A stretch of DNA of 64,000 nucleotides from Candidatus Bathyarchaeota archaeon (GCA_963733055.1 CAVTBR010000001.1:1472001-1536000); one strand, 5' to 3'; positions 1 to 10,001 are shown, counted from the first letter of the stretch. Made by a program: numbers and translations. Notes: generated by a model from the letters alone, not told the origin.

Positions 1-429
1 TAAGCTACCTGTGAATGAAGGAAACCTTACCCCCTCTTCTTCCGTGAACATGACAACCTCCAGAGGACGCTCAAGCGCAATCCCTTCCTGGTTAATTGTC
101 TTCGCGACCTCGATAGCGGCAAGCACGCCGTAGGCACCGTCTAAGTGACCGCCATTTGGTACGGTATCAATGTGAGACCCGCATACAACCGCGGCCTTCT
201 TTCCCGAACGGGCTTCAAGGCGACCGATTATGTTCGCGAAAGCGTCGATCGAGATTTGCATGCCCGAATTGACCAGTAGCTTAGTAACGTAGGCTCGGGC
301 CTTTAGATCCGATTCTGAAAACGTGAACCTTGAGATTCCACCACTCGGCGTACGCCCGATCTTGGAAAGACTCTCGATTGAATGTCTTAGACGACCTCCA
401 TTGACCCGTAACGACGTGAATGGTTCCAA
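1..429 (-). CDS. Zn-dependent hydrolase, M20 family (allantoate amidohydrolase/N-carbamoyl-L-amino acid hydrolase type), 5' part; runs off window
   Basis: Manual translation gives ...GGISRFTFSESDLKARAYV...IDAFANIIGR...CGSHIDTVPNGGHLDGAYGVLA, the carbamoylase signature; TTG start preceded by GGTGA. Confidence 0.85.
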   Translation of the reverse strand, partial: MEPFTSLRVNGGRLRHSIESLSKIGRTPSGGISRFTFSESDLKARAYVTKLLVNSGMQISIDAFANIIGRLEARSGKKAAVVCGSHIDTVPNGGHLDGAYGVLAAIEVAKTINQEGIALERPLEVVMFTEEEGVRFPSFTGSL

Positions 430-526
430 CTTCACTCACCGCAAATCAAGCACGTTTCCGGCCTTTCTAGATTTTCATTGACTACCTTGAGAACCATTAA
501 ATAGAATTTCGAAACTTGGCATCTTC

Positions 527-1846
527 ATGGACCTTGATTTTTCCGGCATAGAGCTTATCGACTTTCATGCACATGCTCTTCGGGAGTTCAATGTTTCGCA
601 ATGGTTGGAATCGTTCGCACTAACAATGCTCGAGTCTGCGATTCCTCAAGAAGCCCTCAAGACACTGATGATTGCGAAGGGTGACCTCTTCGGTGTCAAG
701 ATTACTCCAGAAAGACAACGAAGCTGCATCAAGAAAGCCGCTGAGTATGAAAGGACTCTCAACATCGTCGCTCTTCTTGAGAGACAGAGACAGGAAATCA
801 CCCGACTATCGTCATTCGATGATCTTCGACTATACTTGGCCCACGTCTACGATTGTCAACCCGTTATCTCTGAATTAGATAAGAAGATAGACGAGGCTCT
901 TCATCGAGATCCCACCCAGTACGTAGATTCAGTGCTGGAACGGGAAAACATCAAATTGGCTCTTCTGGACTTGATAGGTTCCACGGAGCTAGAGCCTCCC
1001 TTTCCAAGAGAGAAGTTCGGTTTAGTGTTTTGCCCGACCAAGAACCTACTGAACCCTCTCTGGGCTGCAAGACACGGGGCGCGTACCTTAGGCGACGCAG
1101 TCGAGCTATGCGAGAAGAAGATAGAAGAGCTTCAACGGATCAGATTCAGCGGTTTCAAATTTGACATAGCATATTTCCGAACTCTGGAGATAGAAAATAT
1201 ACGAACGGCAACCGCCAACAAGGCCTTCAGGGCGCTCCGTAGAAGAAAACCGAGCGGTATGGACCTATGGGAGACGGTTCCTACCTACGCAAGAGGTTCT
1301 GACAGACGCAATCTAGCTGCCTTCCAGGATTACATGATTAGATACCTAATGTCAAGAGCGGGAGAGCTTAAGGTTCATGCCCAATTTCACACGGGATGTG
1401 GTGGACCTGGGCCGCATCCTGACCTACTGAACGCAAATCCTGCGCTACTCTATGATTTCTTGACGGATGAGCAGATTAAAGGTACGAACGTCGTCCTACT
1501 TCACACCGGTTATCCGTACGTCGAGGAAACTGCGCTCATGGCAGCGCAATTCGTAAACGTGTACGTGGATATTTCGATCGGGCTACTATTTCACGGAGCC
1601 TACGAAAGATCTCTTAGAACCATTCTGGAATTTGCTCCCCCTCAGAAAGTGATATTCGGAACTGATGCGGTGGAATTTGCAGAACTATTCGGTTACCATA
1701 GCTGGTTCATCAAGGAGACATTGAGAAGACTGCTAGAGGAGTTTACCCAAACCCATGGGTGGAGTTCAGACAAGTGCATGGAAGTCGCTGGGATGATTCT
1801 GAACAAGAACGCGAAAGCGCTGGGAGCCAGAAAGACCGCCGGTTAG
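527..1846 (+). CDS. Amidohydrolase family protein (TIM-barrel metallohydrolase)
   Basis: DFHAH, QFHTG, LLHTGYP and IFGTDA motifs. Confidence 0.85.
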   Translation: MDLDFSGIELIDFHAHALREFNVSQWLESFALTMLESAIPQEALKTLMIAKGDLFGVKITPERQRSCIKKAAEYERTLNIVALLERQRQEITRLSSFDDLRLYLAHVYDCQPVISELDKKIDEALHRDPTQYVDSVLERENIKLALLDLIGSTELEPPFPREKFGLVFCPTKNLLNPLWAARHGARTLGDAVELCEKKIEELQRIRFSGFKFDIAYFRTLEIENIRTATANKAFRALRRRKPSGMDLWETVPTYARGSDRRNLAAFQDYMIRYLMSRAGELKVHAQFHTGCGGPGPHPDLLNANPALLYDFLTDEQIKGTNVVLLHTGYPYVEETALMAAQFVNVYVDISIGLLFHGAYERSLRTILEFAPPQKVIFGTDAVEFAELFGYHSWFIKETLRRLLEEFTQTHGWSSDKCMEVAGMILNKNAKALGARKTAG

Positions 1847-1871
1847 ATGTCTCTGAGAAGTTGGCCGGCGC

Positions 1872-3245
1872 ATGAACACGACTGAGGAATTGGCACGTTA
1901 CGTTAGGGACACAGACTACCAAGACCTCCCGAAGGAAGCAGTCACGAAGGCGAAAACTCTCATTCTTGATTCTCTAGGCTGCGCTTTGGGCGGATGCAAG
2001 ACCGAGATTGCTACTTCAATTCTGGGTGCAATCGCGGACTCGCATGGAGGAGAAGCCACGCTAATTGGAGGTGATAGGAAGTATCCATGCAGAGACGCCG
2101 CTTTTGCGAACGCGACGCTGATCAATGCGTTGGATTTTGACGATGACAATTGGGTAGGTCATCCGTCAGCAACCATACTTCCGGCGGCGATGGCTGTCGC
2201 GGAACGTGTGGGTGCCTCTGGGCGAGACCTCCTAACCTCCTTCGTCCTCGCCTTCGAGGTTGTAACTCGTATCGGTTGGGCCATCTGGCCTTCTAAGGCT
2301 AGATATGACAAGGTTTGGGGTGTTGGGACTCACCAAGTGTTCGGGGCGGTCTCGGCGGCGGCTAAGATTCTAGCCTTGAATGAGTTTGAGAGCTTGAATG
2401 CCTTTGGAATTGCCGGAGCGGTTGCGCCTCTCCCTTCGGCCATGAAATGGGGTTTTGGAAATCGACCTCTAACTTGGGTGAAGGATAGCGTTGCGTATGC
2501 AACAGTTGCGGGCCTTAATGGCGCACTCCTGGCAAAGCAGGGGTTTCTAGGGTGCAGAGACATTCTAGATGGGGAAACAGGTTTCTGGATAATGGCTGGT
2601 TCGGACAGATGCGACTTCGGCCGAATGGTTCGAGGATTGAGAAGTGAGTATCTCATTATGAAGGACTCGATAAAACCTTGGCCGGCGTGCAGATTCATTC
2701 ACGCAACTCTTGATGCGGTCAGTGAAATCGTAAAACAACATAGCTTGAAGCCTGAAGAGATCGAAGAGGTTCGAGTGCGATCCATCTGGGACCTAGCCCA
2801 GTTCTTCGTAGACTACCAACCTTTCGCGATCGTTGACGCGCAGTTCAGTGTCCCATACACAATAGCTATGGTCATCATGGGCGAGAAAGCAGGCGCGAAT
2901 TGGTTCGACAAATCTAGCCTACGGAGTGCAAAATTGTTAGCACTTGCTAAAAGAGTGGTAGTCGAAACCGACCAAAAGGCGGATGACCTCTATCACAGCG
3001 ACGTACCAAAAATAACGTCGAACGTTACGATAACCACCAAGAACGGAAACGAATTTGGCGCATCGATTGAGTTCGCGAAGGGAGAGCCAGAGAACCCACT
3101 TAGCCCCGACGAAGTGGAGGAGAAATTCATGAGGCTCGCCACAGTCACGGTTGATCACCACCGTGCTAAGGATATTTTCGATATTGTAGACGACCTGGAT
3201 CGACTCAAGAAAATAACCGACCTCACAGAGCTCTTGCGTAAGTAG
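1872..3245 (+). CDS. MmgE/PrpD family protein
   Basis: ILDSLGCALGG, NALDFDD..GHPS, KPWPACRFIH, AQFSVPY and KGEPENPLS motifs. Confidence 0.9.
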   Translation: MNTTEELARYVRDTDYQDLPKEAVTKAKTLILDSLGCALGGCKTEIATSILGAIADSHGGEATLIGGDRKYPCRDAAFANATLINALDFDDDNWVGHPSATILPAAMAVAERVGASGRDLLTSFVLAFEVVTRIGWAIWPSKARYDKVWGVGTHQVFGAVSAAAKILALNEFESLNAFGIAGAVAPLPSAMKWGFGNRPLTWVKDSVAYATVAGLNGALLAKQGFLGCRDILDGETGFWIMAGSDRCDFGRMVRGLRSEYLIMKDSIKPWPACRFIHATLDAVSEIVKQHSLKPEEIEEVRVRSIWDLAQFFVDYQPFAIVDAQFSVPYTIAMVIMGEKAGANWFDKSSLRSAKLLALAKRVVVETDQKADDLYHSDVPKITSNVTITTKNGNEFGASIEFAKGEPENPLSPDEVEEKFMRLATVTVDHHRAKDIFDIVDDLDRLKKITDLTELLRK

Positions 3246-3297
3246 AAACGAAATTCTTAGACAGGTGGAAAATTGGGCGGATTCCATCAAACACTGG

Positions 3298-4485
3298 CTA
3301 GCTCTCGCGAACTGATTCAGTTACTTTGATTCCTCTTTCATCGAGAGCCCTCAGAAACTCTCGGTGAGGTACGACATTTTCAGGTGCATGTACGCCCGGT
3401 TCCGAGATTTTGCCGCGGCCAATCATCTGAGCTACAATGCTGCACGGAAAACCAGTGGTCCGTTCCATTGCGGTCAATGCAGCTCGATTATCGTACATGT
3501 CGACGAGATCGAATGTGACATCCATCTGCTTCCCGGACTTCAGACCTTTCAAGAAGACTCGCATCACAACGACATCTCCTTCTCCCGGTCGATACCGCAT
3601 TGTCCGTGACATTTGCTCGATCAGGAAAGCCCTTGGCGTGGTGCGCACTCCGTTAACTGTAATGGGTTGTGTGCTTGTTAAACCGAGTTCAATCAATGTC
3701 TTGAACTGCTCGAAGTGGCCCGGCCAGCGGACGGTCTTGGACCAACACTCCCGCACACCTTTCAACCCTAGGTTTTCCACAACGTCTAACGGAGAATGAG
3801 TGAACACGCATTCGCACTCGCCAATGGGCTCCTGAAATCTGGCTTTTTCTAAGCCCGATAGCTTTTCGACCTGAATTTTCTTTCCGTCTTTAAGTATCGT
3901 GACTCGCCGCGGATGTTTAGGCGTCTCGAAGAGCTCATCCCAATCGACATAGCTCGCAATCACTCCTTCAATCGACCAAGTGATTTTGTAGGAGAGAGGG
4001 CAGGGTAGCACGCTCTTTTGGGGAAAGCCGCCACATAACACTGTCACCCGCTCAACGGAATCGAGCTTGGAAGCTCCATAGGAGATTAGCACGCGGTCGA
4101 TGCCTGGGTCGAGGCCGCAGTTTACCACCACAGAGACACCAGCGGCTTTGGCGGTTTTGTCAAGTTTGTAGATTGCCGACGGCGAGCCGATGTCCACTAT
4201 ACTCGCTCCAGCACTCACTGCGGTTCTGGTTACCTTCTCGTTCCAGTACCAAGGTAACGCGTTTGTGACGATGTCGACCGCTCTAATTCGCCGTGCGAGA
4301 GCGTTGCGATCGGTTGCGTCAAGCCGAACGGTGCGCAGTTTCTCGTTAACGAGCTTAGTACTGATGTGGTTGAGGCGATGCCTATCCACATCTGCGATGG
4401 AGACTTCTTCGATGTCCGGAGCACGTAGCAGGTCCCACGCCATTGCGTATCCTTGGTTCCCGCCGCCCAAGACTAGAGCTTTCAT
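3298..4485 (-). CDS. Saccharopine dehydrogenase / lysine 6-dehydrogenase family protein
   Basis: N-terminal VLGGGNQG Rossmann motif; CGLDPG, CGGFPQ, KTVRWPGH, AMERTTGFP. Confidence 0.85.
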   Translation of the reverse strand: MKALVLGGGNQGYAMAWDLLRAPDIEEVSIADVDRHRLNHISTKLVNEKLRTVRLDATDRNALARRIRAVDIVTNALPWYWNEKVTRTAVSAGASIVDIGSPSAIYKLDKTAKAAGVSVVVNCGLDPGIDRVLISYGASKLDSVERVTVLCGGFPQKSVLPCPLSYKITWSIEGVIASYVDWDELFETPKHPRRVTILKDGKKIQVEKLSGLEKARFQEPIGECECVFTHSPLDVVENLGLKGVRECWSKTVRWPGHFEQFKTLIELGLTSTQPITVNGVRTTPRAFLIEQMSRTMRYRPGEGDVVVMRVFLKGLKSGKQMDVTFDLVDMYDNRAALTAMERTTGFPCSIVAQMIGRGKISEPGVHAPENVVPHREFLRALDERGIKVTESVRES

Positions 4486-4570
4486 TCGAAACTCATCCTC
4501 GTATTCCCACGTGGGAAACTCCCAATAGACATCTCAGCTCAGCGAAATTCGTTCAAATCTCTTGGAGAGG

Positions 4571-5614
4571 TCAACCGAGTTTGGGGCCGGGTTGTCTGAT
4601 TAGCGGTCCGGTTGCGCAGTGTGCACCGCCCCCAGCATCTGTTACGTTGGCCCATTCGAAATTAACCACGTCAACTCCTTCCCTGGTCAACTGGCGTTGG
4701 GTTTCCGGGAAACCATTGGCCATCATGATTTTGCCCGGTTCAAGAGCGACAGTATTGCATGCGAGATACCTAGCCTCTTCGGGAAGGACCTCTATGAGGT
4801 TGATGCCCTTTCCTTGGAGGTATTCGATGAAATCATAGGGCACGGCGGGTGGATATATGATGCCGAGTCCATCGTCGACGTACCCAAAGACGCAATCCAG
4901 ATGAGCAAAACCACCCGCAGGCCACTGGAGGTTGTTAAGCCATCCCGGAATTGGTACGACTTTGATCTCTTCAACGCCGTTCGCTCTCAGGACAGTGGAG
5001 ACCTGATCGATGCCGTCCTGGTTCGTGCGTGCACTGCGGCCAATGCAAACATGTTCTGGGTCGAGCCAGACAACATTTCCACCTTCAAAGGTTCCAGTAC
5101 CGCGCACAGTGTAGAGGATCGGACAACCCATGTCCACCACTTTTCTGGTCCACCAATACTCCTCACCCTTTCTGTACGGCAGGGACATTCTACCGATTAT
5201 GGCGCCACCATTGACTACGAAACCCGGATCCCTCGAACCCCCACCATACCTTGCATGCATCACACCAAAGGGTTCTTTCATCAACCACTCCATAGGGGGC
5301 GTAATATCATGCACTTTGACGCCTTCATTTCTCAGTAACTCGACAAAGCCATCATGTTCCTTTCTCGCCTTGGCTACGTCGACTCTCTTGACGAACTGAT
5401 AATAGGCAAGATCGCTCTCAGGGACCGCAGCCTCGTCACCGATACTTACTACGGTCACCTCTTCCAGTTTGCCTATTTCTGACTGTGCGCCCCATTTCTT
5501 TCCCCATATGATTTCAAGCTCATCCATGTATGACAGAGGAAGCGGAACGGATGGAATGCTTCTATTCTCAAGATACCGGTCCAGTTTCTTCAGAAGTTCC
5601 TGTTTGCTATTCAA
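4571..5614 (-). CDS. Amidinotransferase / arginine deiminase / dimethylargininase superfamily protein
   Basis: QSEIGKL, RDP, FEGGN, RTN, HLD and C-terminal GGGAHCAT catalytic Cys motif. Confidence 0.85.
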   Translation of the reverse strand: MNSKQELLKKLDRYLENRSIPSVPLPLSYMDELEIIWGKKWGAQSEIGKLEEVTVVSIGDEAAVPESDLAYYQFVKRVDVAKARKEHDGFVELLRNEGVKVHDITPPMEWLMKEPFGVMHARYGGGSRDPGFVVNGGAIIGRMSLPYRKGEEYWWTRKVVDMGCPILYTVRGTGTFEGGNVVWLDPEHVCIGRSARTNQDGIDQVSTVLRANGVEEIKVVPIPGWLNNLQWPAGGFAHLDCVFGYVDDGLGIIYPPAVPYDFIEYLQGKGINLIEVLPEEARYLACNTVALEPGKIMMANGFPETQRQLTREGVDVVNFEWANVTDAGGGAHCATGPLIRQPGPKLG

Positions 5615-5771
5615 CGCTAGTCAGCCAATGAAATTAACTGGGGCTTATAATTCGCCATAAGAGGCTTCTCATATGGCCCGAAATTCTTGTCTTCTCAATT
5701 CAGCTAGGAATACCGGTAAGTTTTCTTTACATTAGTCATACTAAGAACATAAACTGAAAAGCGTAACGGCA

Positions 5772-6563
5772 ATGTCTGAAGATAGTATCTCCGATCTGGT
5801 TGAGCTCGGACTGACATCCCTCCAAGCCAGGGTCTACGTTGCCCTGCTTGCCTCAGGGAGAAGACCAGTACGCCAGCTTGTCGAACATGTGGGAATCGTA
5901 CGTCCAGAGGTGTACCGGGTCCTAAGGGAATTGGCGTCAAAGGGATTGGTTCAGCGAGTACCCAGTTCACCTTCGTCATACGTGGCCACGCCGCCCTCTC
6001 AAGCAGTGTCGTTGCTGGTGACGAATTTTAGGCAGCGGTTAGCTTCGTTGGAAAGGAAAAACGAGAGGTTGGTGAAGTCACTGTCGTCCGTGACCTCGAA
6101 CCCTGAAAACGGCCTCGAATACCACTTCTCAGTTATCAGAGGCGGTGCAAATGCCTTGCAACAGGCGCGACGACTGATCGCTGAAGCGAAATTAGATTAT
6201 TCGGGGATCCTCAGCAAAATTGGGCTCAAACGCATTCGCGAAGACGGATTAGCGACCTCCCTGATTCATGCAAAGAAACGCGGGGTCAAGGTTCGGTTGA
6301 TCACCGAGATCGACAGCTCCAACATCGACTGCGCCCGCTATATTTCGAGACACGTCGAGGTTAGAAGAGCGAGTAAACTTCCATTCTACCTAGACATCAT
6401 GGACAAGAAAAAATTGCAGATGGGCCCCGCGATAACTATTGAAGAAGAAGTCGACAAATCATCTAGAGAAATGGACCTCTGGACAGATAACCCGAGATTT
6501 GTAGATGGAATGTATATGCTGTTCGACCAATTATGGCACAGATGCAAACGGTTCAGATCGTAA
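5772..6563 (+). CDS. TrmB family transcriptional regulator
   Basis: LGLT..QARVY wHTH, VYRVLRELASKGLV, KRGVKVRLIT effector domain; divergent from the catabolic genes. Confidence 0.85.
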   Translation: MSEDSISDLVELGLTSLQARVYVALLASGRRPVRQLVEHVGIVRPEVYRVLRELASKGLVQRVPSSPSSYVATPPSQAVSLLVTNFRQRLASLERKNERLVKSLSSVTSNPENGLEYHFSVIRGGANALQQARRLIAEAKLDYSGILSKIGLKRIREDGLATSLIHAKKRGVKVRLITEIDSSNIDCARYISRHVEVRRASKLPFYLDIMDKKKLQMGPAITIEEEVDKSSREMDLWTDNPRFVDGMYMLFDQLWHRCKRFRS

Positions 6564-6701
6564 CGGCCTTGCTCCTCGCTGAGTGCTTTCTCACGCGGGA
6601 CCTCAAGTTCAAGATCGGACATCATACTTGAATATGAGTAGATGCGGTTGTAAGTCTTCCTACCTACACCTCCTTTTATCGAAACTTCGCGTCTGTATGA
6701 A

Positions 6702-7534
6702 GTGAAAGTTTCAACCTTGTCAGCTACTCAAGCGTCATTGGTTGGGACAGGCGTTACCCCCTACCACTCAAATGAATCAATTGTGAGACTCCCACTAGAC
6801 ATGTTGTCGACGGCATCCTGGATGCTCCGCCCCATAAGTAATGAGTTAGTAGAGGAACTTGAAAGATCGATAAAGAACATCGGCCTTCTTCAACCAATTG
6901 TTGTTCGCGAAATCGGCGAAGGATATGAAATTGTTTTCGGAAATCACAGGCTCCGGCATGCCGACGTCTTGGGATGGAGTACATTAGCGCTATAATCAAA
7001 CCCTTTGCCGAGGAAGACAGCTTCCTAGCCCGGGTTTCAGAGAATCTGTTGCGGAACTCCTACATTGATACCATCGAGGAAGCGGAAGGGTACAAGATGC
7101 TTGTGGAAAAAGGGTGGACTCTGAACGCAATCGCGCAGAAGGTTGGCAAGTCAGACAGCTACGTATGCGAACGGTTAGGTTTACTTACCAATCTCTCCCC
7201 GCACGTTCGCTCGTTGGTCCCCCGCGGCAAATTGACCGCAAGCCATGCAGAAATAATCTCCCGAATACGTGACCCCGTAATGCAAAAAGAGATTGCAGAA
7301 CTAGTCAGAAGGAAGAGACTTAGCGTAAGAAGCTTAGAGGCCATGCTGAAACACATGCCCACACCAGTATGGCTCGAAATTCAAAGCAACGTTGGAGAGG
7401 CTTCCGTCCGTATCCCTCATGGGTTCATGAAGGCAATGGGTTTCAAGACAGGGCAACGCATATTCATGTACGCCCGAGGGCGTAAACTGATACTAGAAGA
7501 CGTAGCGAAGTCTACATCTCCCAGCAAGGCGTAG
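6702..7534 (+). pseudogene. ParB/RepB/Spo0J family protein with C-terminal AbrB-like domain, frameshifted near 6955
   Basis: SIKNIGLLQPIVV...FGNHRL continues in another frame as ACRRLGMEYISA...SENLLR...EEAEGY..HTH; one inserted base restores it. C-terminus VRIPHGFMKAMGFKTGQRIFMY is AbrB-like. Confidence 0.75.
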
Positions 7535-7635
7535 GCGTCATTCGTTCCGATCTATAGGTGTGCTCGCACCCTCAGAATTGAACCGTCGCACGGCGCAAAA
7601 GTGCGTGGTGCGTCTAGTAGTGCGGGCAACGGAAT

Positions 7636-7797
7636 TTCGAATGCAGCTCATATGGAAACGGATCCGAGGCCCCGCAGAGCCAATTCGTGTGTGGAGCACT
7701 GATGGGTACTGGTCCGCCTTCTTCGGGAAGAGAATCAATGTGGAGGAAACGCGATGCGTTGCGAAAGGTGATGCGGCCCGTGAGTTCCTGCTCACCC
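7636..7797 (+). pseudogene. Degenerate copy of the V4R-domain C-terminus of the gene at 28278-29084
   Basis: Aligns by eye with 28914-29076, including an identical core GCCTTCTTCGGGAAGAGAATCAATGTGGAGGAAACGCGATGCGTTGCGAAAGGTGA; one indel. Confidence 0.85.
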
Positions 7798-8058
7798 AGA
7801 TAGGTTCAAATCCGTGAGCTCGCGCCACATGTATGTGCAAATAATCGTAGAAATTCTTAACGACAGTAGAATTGATTGGTAATTAACCGTCGAGATTGTT
7901 GTCTACTCAACATCCTGACTGTTCTATAGGTTACCACAATGGTGAGTCAGTCTGTATCAAATTTATGTGGAAACTTCACGAGCCAATGACGGCCTTTTGC
8001 GCGGTAGTGTCATGAAAAGTTCGCATGGTAGACTCGACATATACTTGCTGACGCTCAC

Positions 8059-8664
8059 TTGTCGGAATCTTTTCTCTCAAGAATGGAGGATAAACTCGGT
8101 ATCCACCAGCAGCCGCTCAAAGAACGGCTAGCCTTGGCATCCTACAGGCTCAGAACGCTTCGAAATAGGATGGAATCCAAACACCTGATGCTTCAAGCGC
8201 GTGACAAGGAACTATTCGACAAATGCCTGGCAGCGAAGACCTCAGGCGACTCCGCACGCGCCAGCCTGTACGCTGAGGAATGCGCGGAGACCAGGAAGAT
8301 TGCGAAAGTTATCCTTCAATGCGAATTAGCTGTTGAGCAGGTTACCTTCAAGCTTGAAACTGCTGAAATGGTTGGAGACTTGGCGTTCATGATGCACCCC
8401 ATCAAGAATGTGGTTAGCATGGTGGGGCAACAGATTCAACACATAATGCCAGAAGTATCTTTCGAACTCAACCAGATCAACGAAAGCCTCGATGGCGTAG
8501 TAACCAGCGCAGGCGAAGTAACCGAAACAGTATCCCCTGCAGGGTCATTCTCAGGTGAAGCCGAGAGCATACTAAGGGAAGCAGATGCGCTAGCCGAGCA
8601 GAAGATCAAATCTAGATTCCCTGAACTTCATCCGATTCCAACCGCCGAATCCACAAAAAACTGA
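8059..8664 (+). CDS. ESCRT-III / Snf7 family (CdvB-like) protein
   Basis: RDKELFDKC...D..RASLYAEECAETRK...ELAVEQV..KLET, MPEVS.EL, EAESILREA...AEQKIKSRFPEL match the TACK CdvB pattern. Confidence 0.85.
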   Translation: MSESFLSRMEDKLGIHQQPLKERLALASYRLRTLRNRMESKHLMLQARDKELFDKCLAAKTSGDSARASLYAEECAETRKIAKVILQCELAVEQVTFKLETAEMVGDLAFMMHPIKNVVSMVGQQIQHIMPEVSFELNQINESLDGVVTSAGEVTETVSPAGSFSGEAESILREADALAEQKIKSRFPELHPIPTAESTKN

Positions 8665-8739
8665 CGCGAAAGCGTTTTGCTAGGTCTAGGCTTAACAGAC
8701 CTTTTGCTGATCGGACAAGAACTTACGGGAGTAGCGGAT

Positions 8740-9195
8740 TCATGTTCCTGTTGCTTTCTTGATGTTAGTTGGAGCCGGTATTTGCAATCGATTCAGGATA
8801 GGGCAGTCTACGTATAGGTCACACTGCGAACAAATCTTCGGGTCCGGCCCTTGTCCAGTGAATTCATTGGTGAGAGGCCAAGGCACGACTCCGGGACATT
8901 TTCCTGTCGTTTCGATGTACTGTAGAGCTTCTGCTCGTTGCTTCAGCCTAGTAAGGTATCGATCCTCTCTCAGCCGCTTGGTCGCTTCAAACCTAGATTG
9001 CATAGGAACCTGGACATTCTCGAAGCCTACCCTTAGTCCTATGAGACAAATTCAGCGAAATCCACGACCACTTCCGCTTCAAACCTCACGCAAACCTCTG
9101 TGTTCACACGCCTTGCATTCCACTGGAAGATCGAGAAAGAATGGGAGGCGCCCAGACGGACCCCCACCTAGAATCTGAATCCCTAGGGTTCCCAT
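8740..9195 (-). pseudogene. Cys-rich hypothetical protein interrupted by two in-frame TGA codons
   Basis: ATG at 9195 with GAGGT SD is in frame with ORF 8740-9003; TGA at 9079-9081 and 9052-9054; CKAC and CSQC..C motifs. Confidence 0.45.
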
Positions 9196-9414
9196 TGCTT
9201 AAATGACCTCAAACGGTCGCGATCTCTCAGTTTTCCGAACTCAAAACTTTAACCTCAAATTTCGAACGCTCCAATACCAAAGAAATTGCCATGGCTTACA
9301 CTCAAGTGAACCATCTCTGTTGCTTTCGCACATTGAGCAGACCAAGTTTCCTGACAATTACGATCGCCAGGAAAAATAGGGGAGTTTGCGGAAACTTTCG
9401 AAGATAGGCTCTTT

Positions 9415-9638
9415 TCAACCGCCTGAACCGACCCCACCGTCCACGAATGCCTTTACGAACTGGACTACTGGGTTGAAATCCCAAAGCGCCATCTTTGCGA
9501 CTGTTGCAACTTCATCAACCATTACGATCACCCCCATCCATTTTGTGTCAAAGAGGTCAGGAAGCATGTCAGGCACTGTCTTAACTCGAGGATGGATAAC
9601 AGGACTGAGAGACCCACGATGAGCTCGATCACTTGCAT
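9415..9638 (-). CDS. Putative ubiquitin-like (beta-grasp, ThiS/MoaD/SAMP-like) protein, frameshifted near 9605-9612
   Basis: Reconstructed MQVIELIVGL/SPVIHPRVKTVPDMLPDLFDTKWMGVIVMVDEVATVAKMALWDFNPVVQFVKAFVDGGVGSGG*; GGTGA SD; C-terminal GG; shared upstream motif. Confidence 0.45.
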
Positions 9639-9684
9639 GCTTCTCTCACCAACACCGAATAATGCAGAGATCGAATTAGCTCAG

Positions 9685-9705
9685 TAGTCGCAGTATAGTT
9701 GCAAC
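9685..9705. promoter_or_regulatory. Putative operator TAGTCGCAG-N4-GTTGCAA (GTYGCA at 11-bp spacing)
   Basis: Near-identical to 11380-11399; both lie 47 bp from a minus-strand ATG. Confidence 0.55.
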
Positions 9706-9872
9706 TTATGCATCAGACCTGTCGATTTGGGAAGTCACGAATTACTCTAGAACTAGAAAGCGAGCAAGTCTTTGGGAAGCCTTTACTGATCTTGCAACAG
9801 GATTGCAACGTCCACTGTAGATGTCTGGTGACATTAATCTCTGACAAGAATGGTTGGAGGTGAAAGGGAGCT

Positions 9873-10001
9873 ATGACTTATGATGAGTACCGAAATCCTC
9901 TCAGACTTCGAACGCCGCTAGTGAGCCAAGATTACATCGATCTGCATCACGGTCAGTACAAAGGACCGTTCTATGTAAAGACCGATCCCAGACGCATCTA
10001 G
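9873..10001 (+). CDS. Small hypothetical peptide (42 aa)
   Basis: MTYDEYRNPLRLRTPLVSQDYIDLHHGQYKGPFYVKTDPRRI*, preceded by GGAGGTGA and a TTGCAAC tandem (9792, 9803). Confidence 0.45.
   Translation: MTYDEYRNPLRLRTPLVSQDYIDLHHGQYKGPFYVKTDPRRI

Noticed and set aside
7803-7827. tRNA genes at the GGTTCRAATC...CCA motifs (also 24858, 31173, 34444)
   Set aside because: No paired T-stem, anticodon arm, D arm or 5' acceptor strand; reported only as att-like relics.
9052-9081. Selenocysteine or alternative genetic code
   Set aside because: The contexts are not redox motifs, no SECIS is recognisable, and neighbouring genes use TGG for Trp and TGA as stop.
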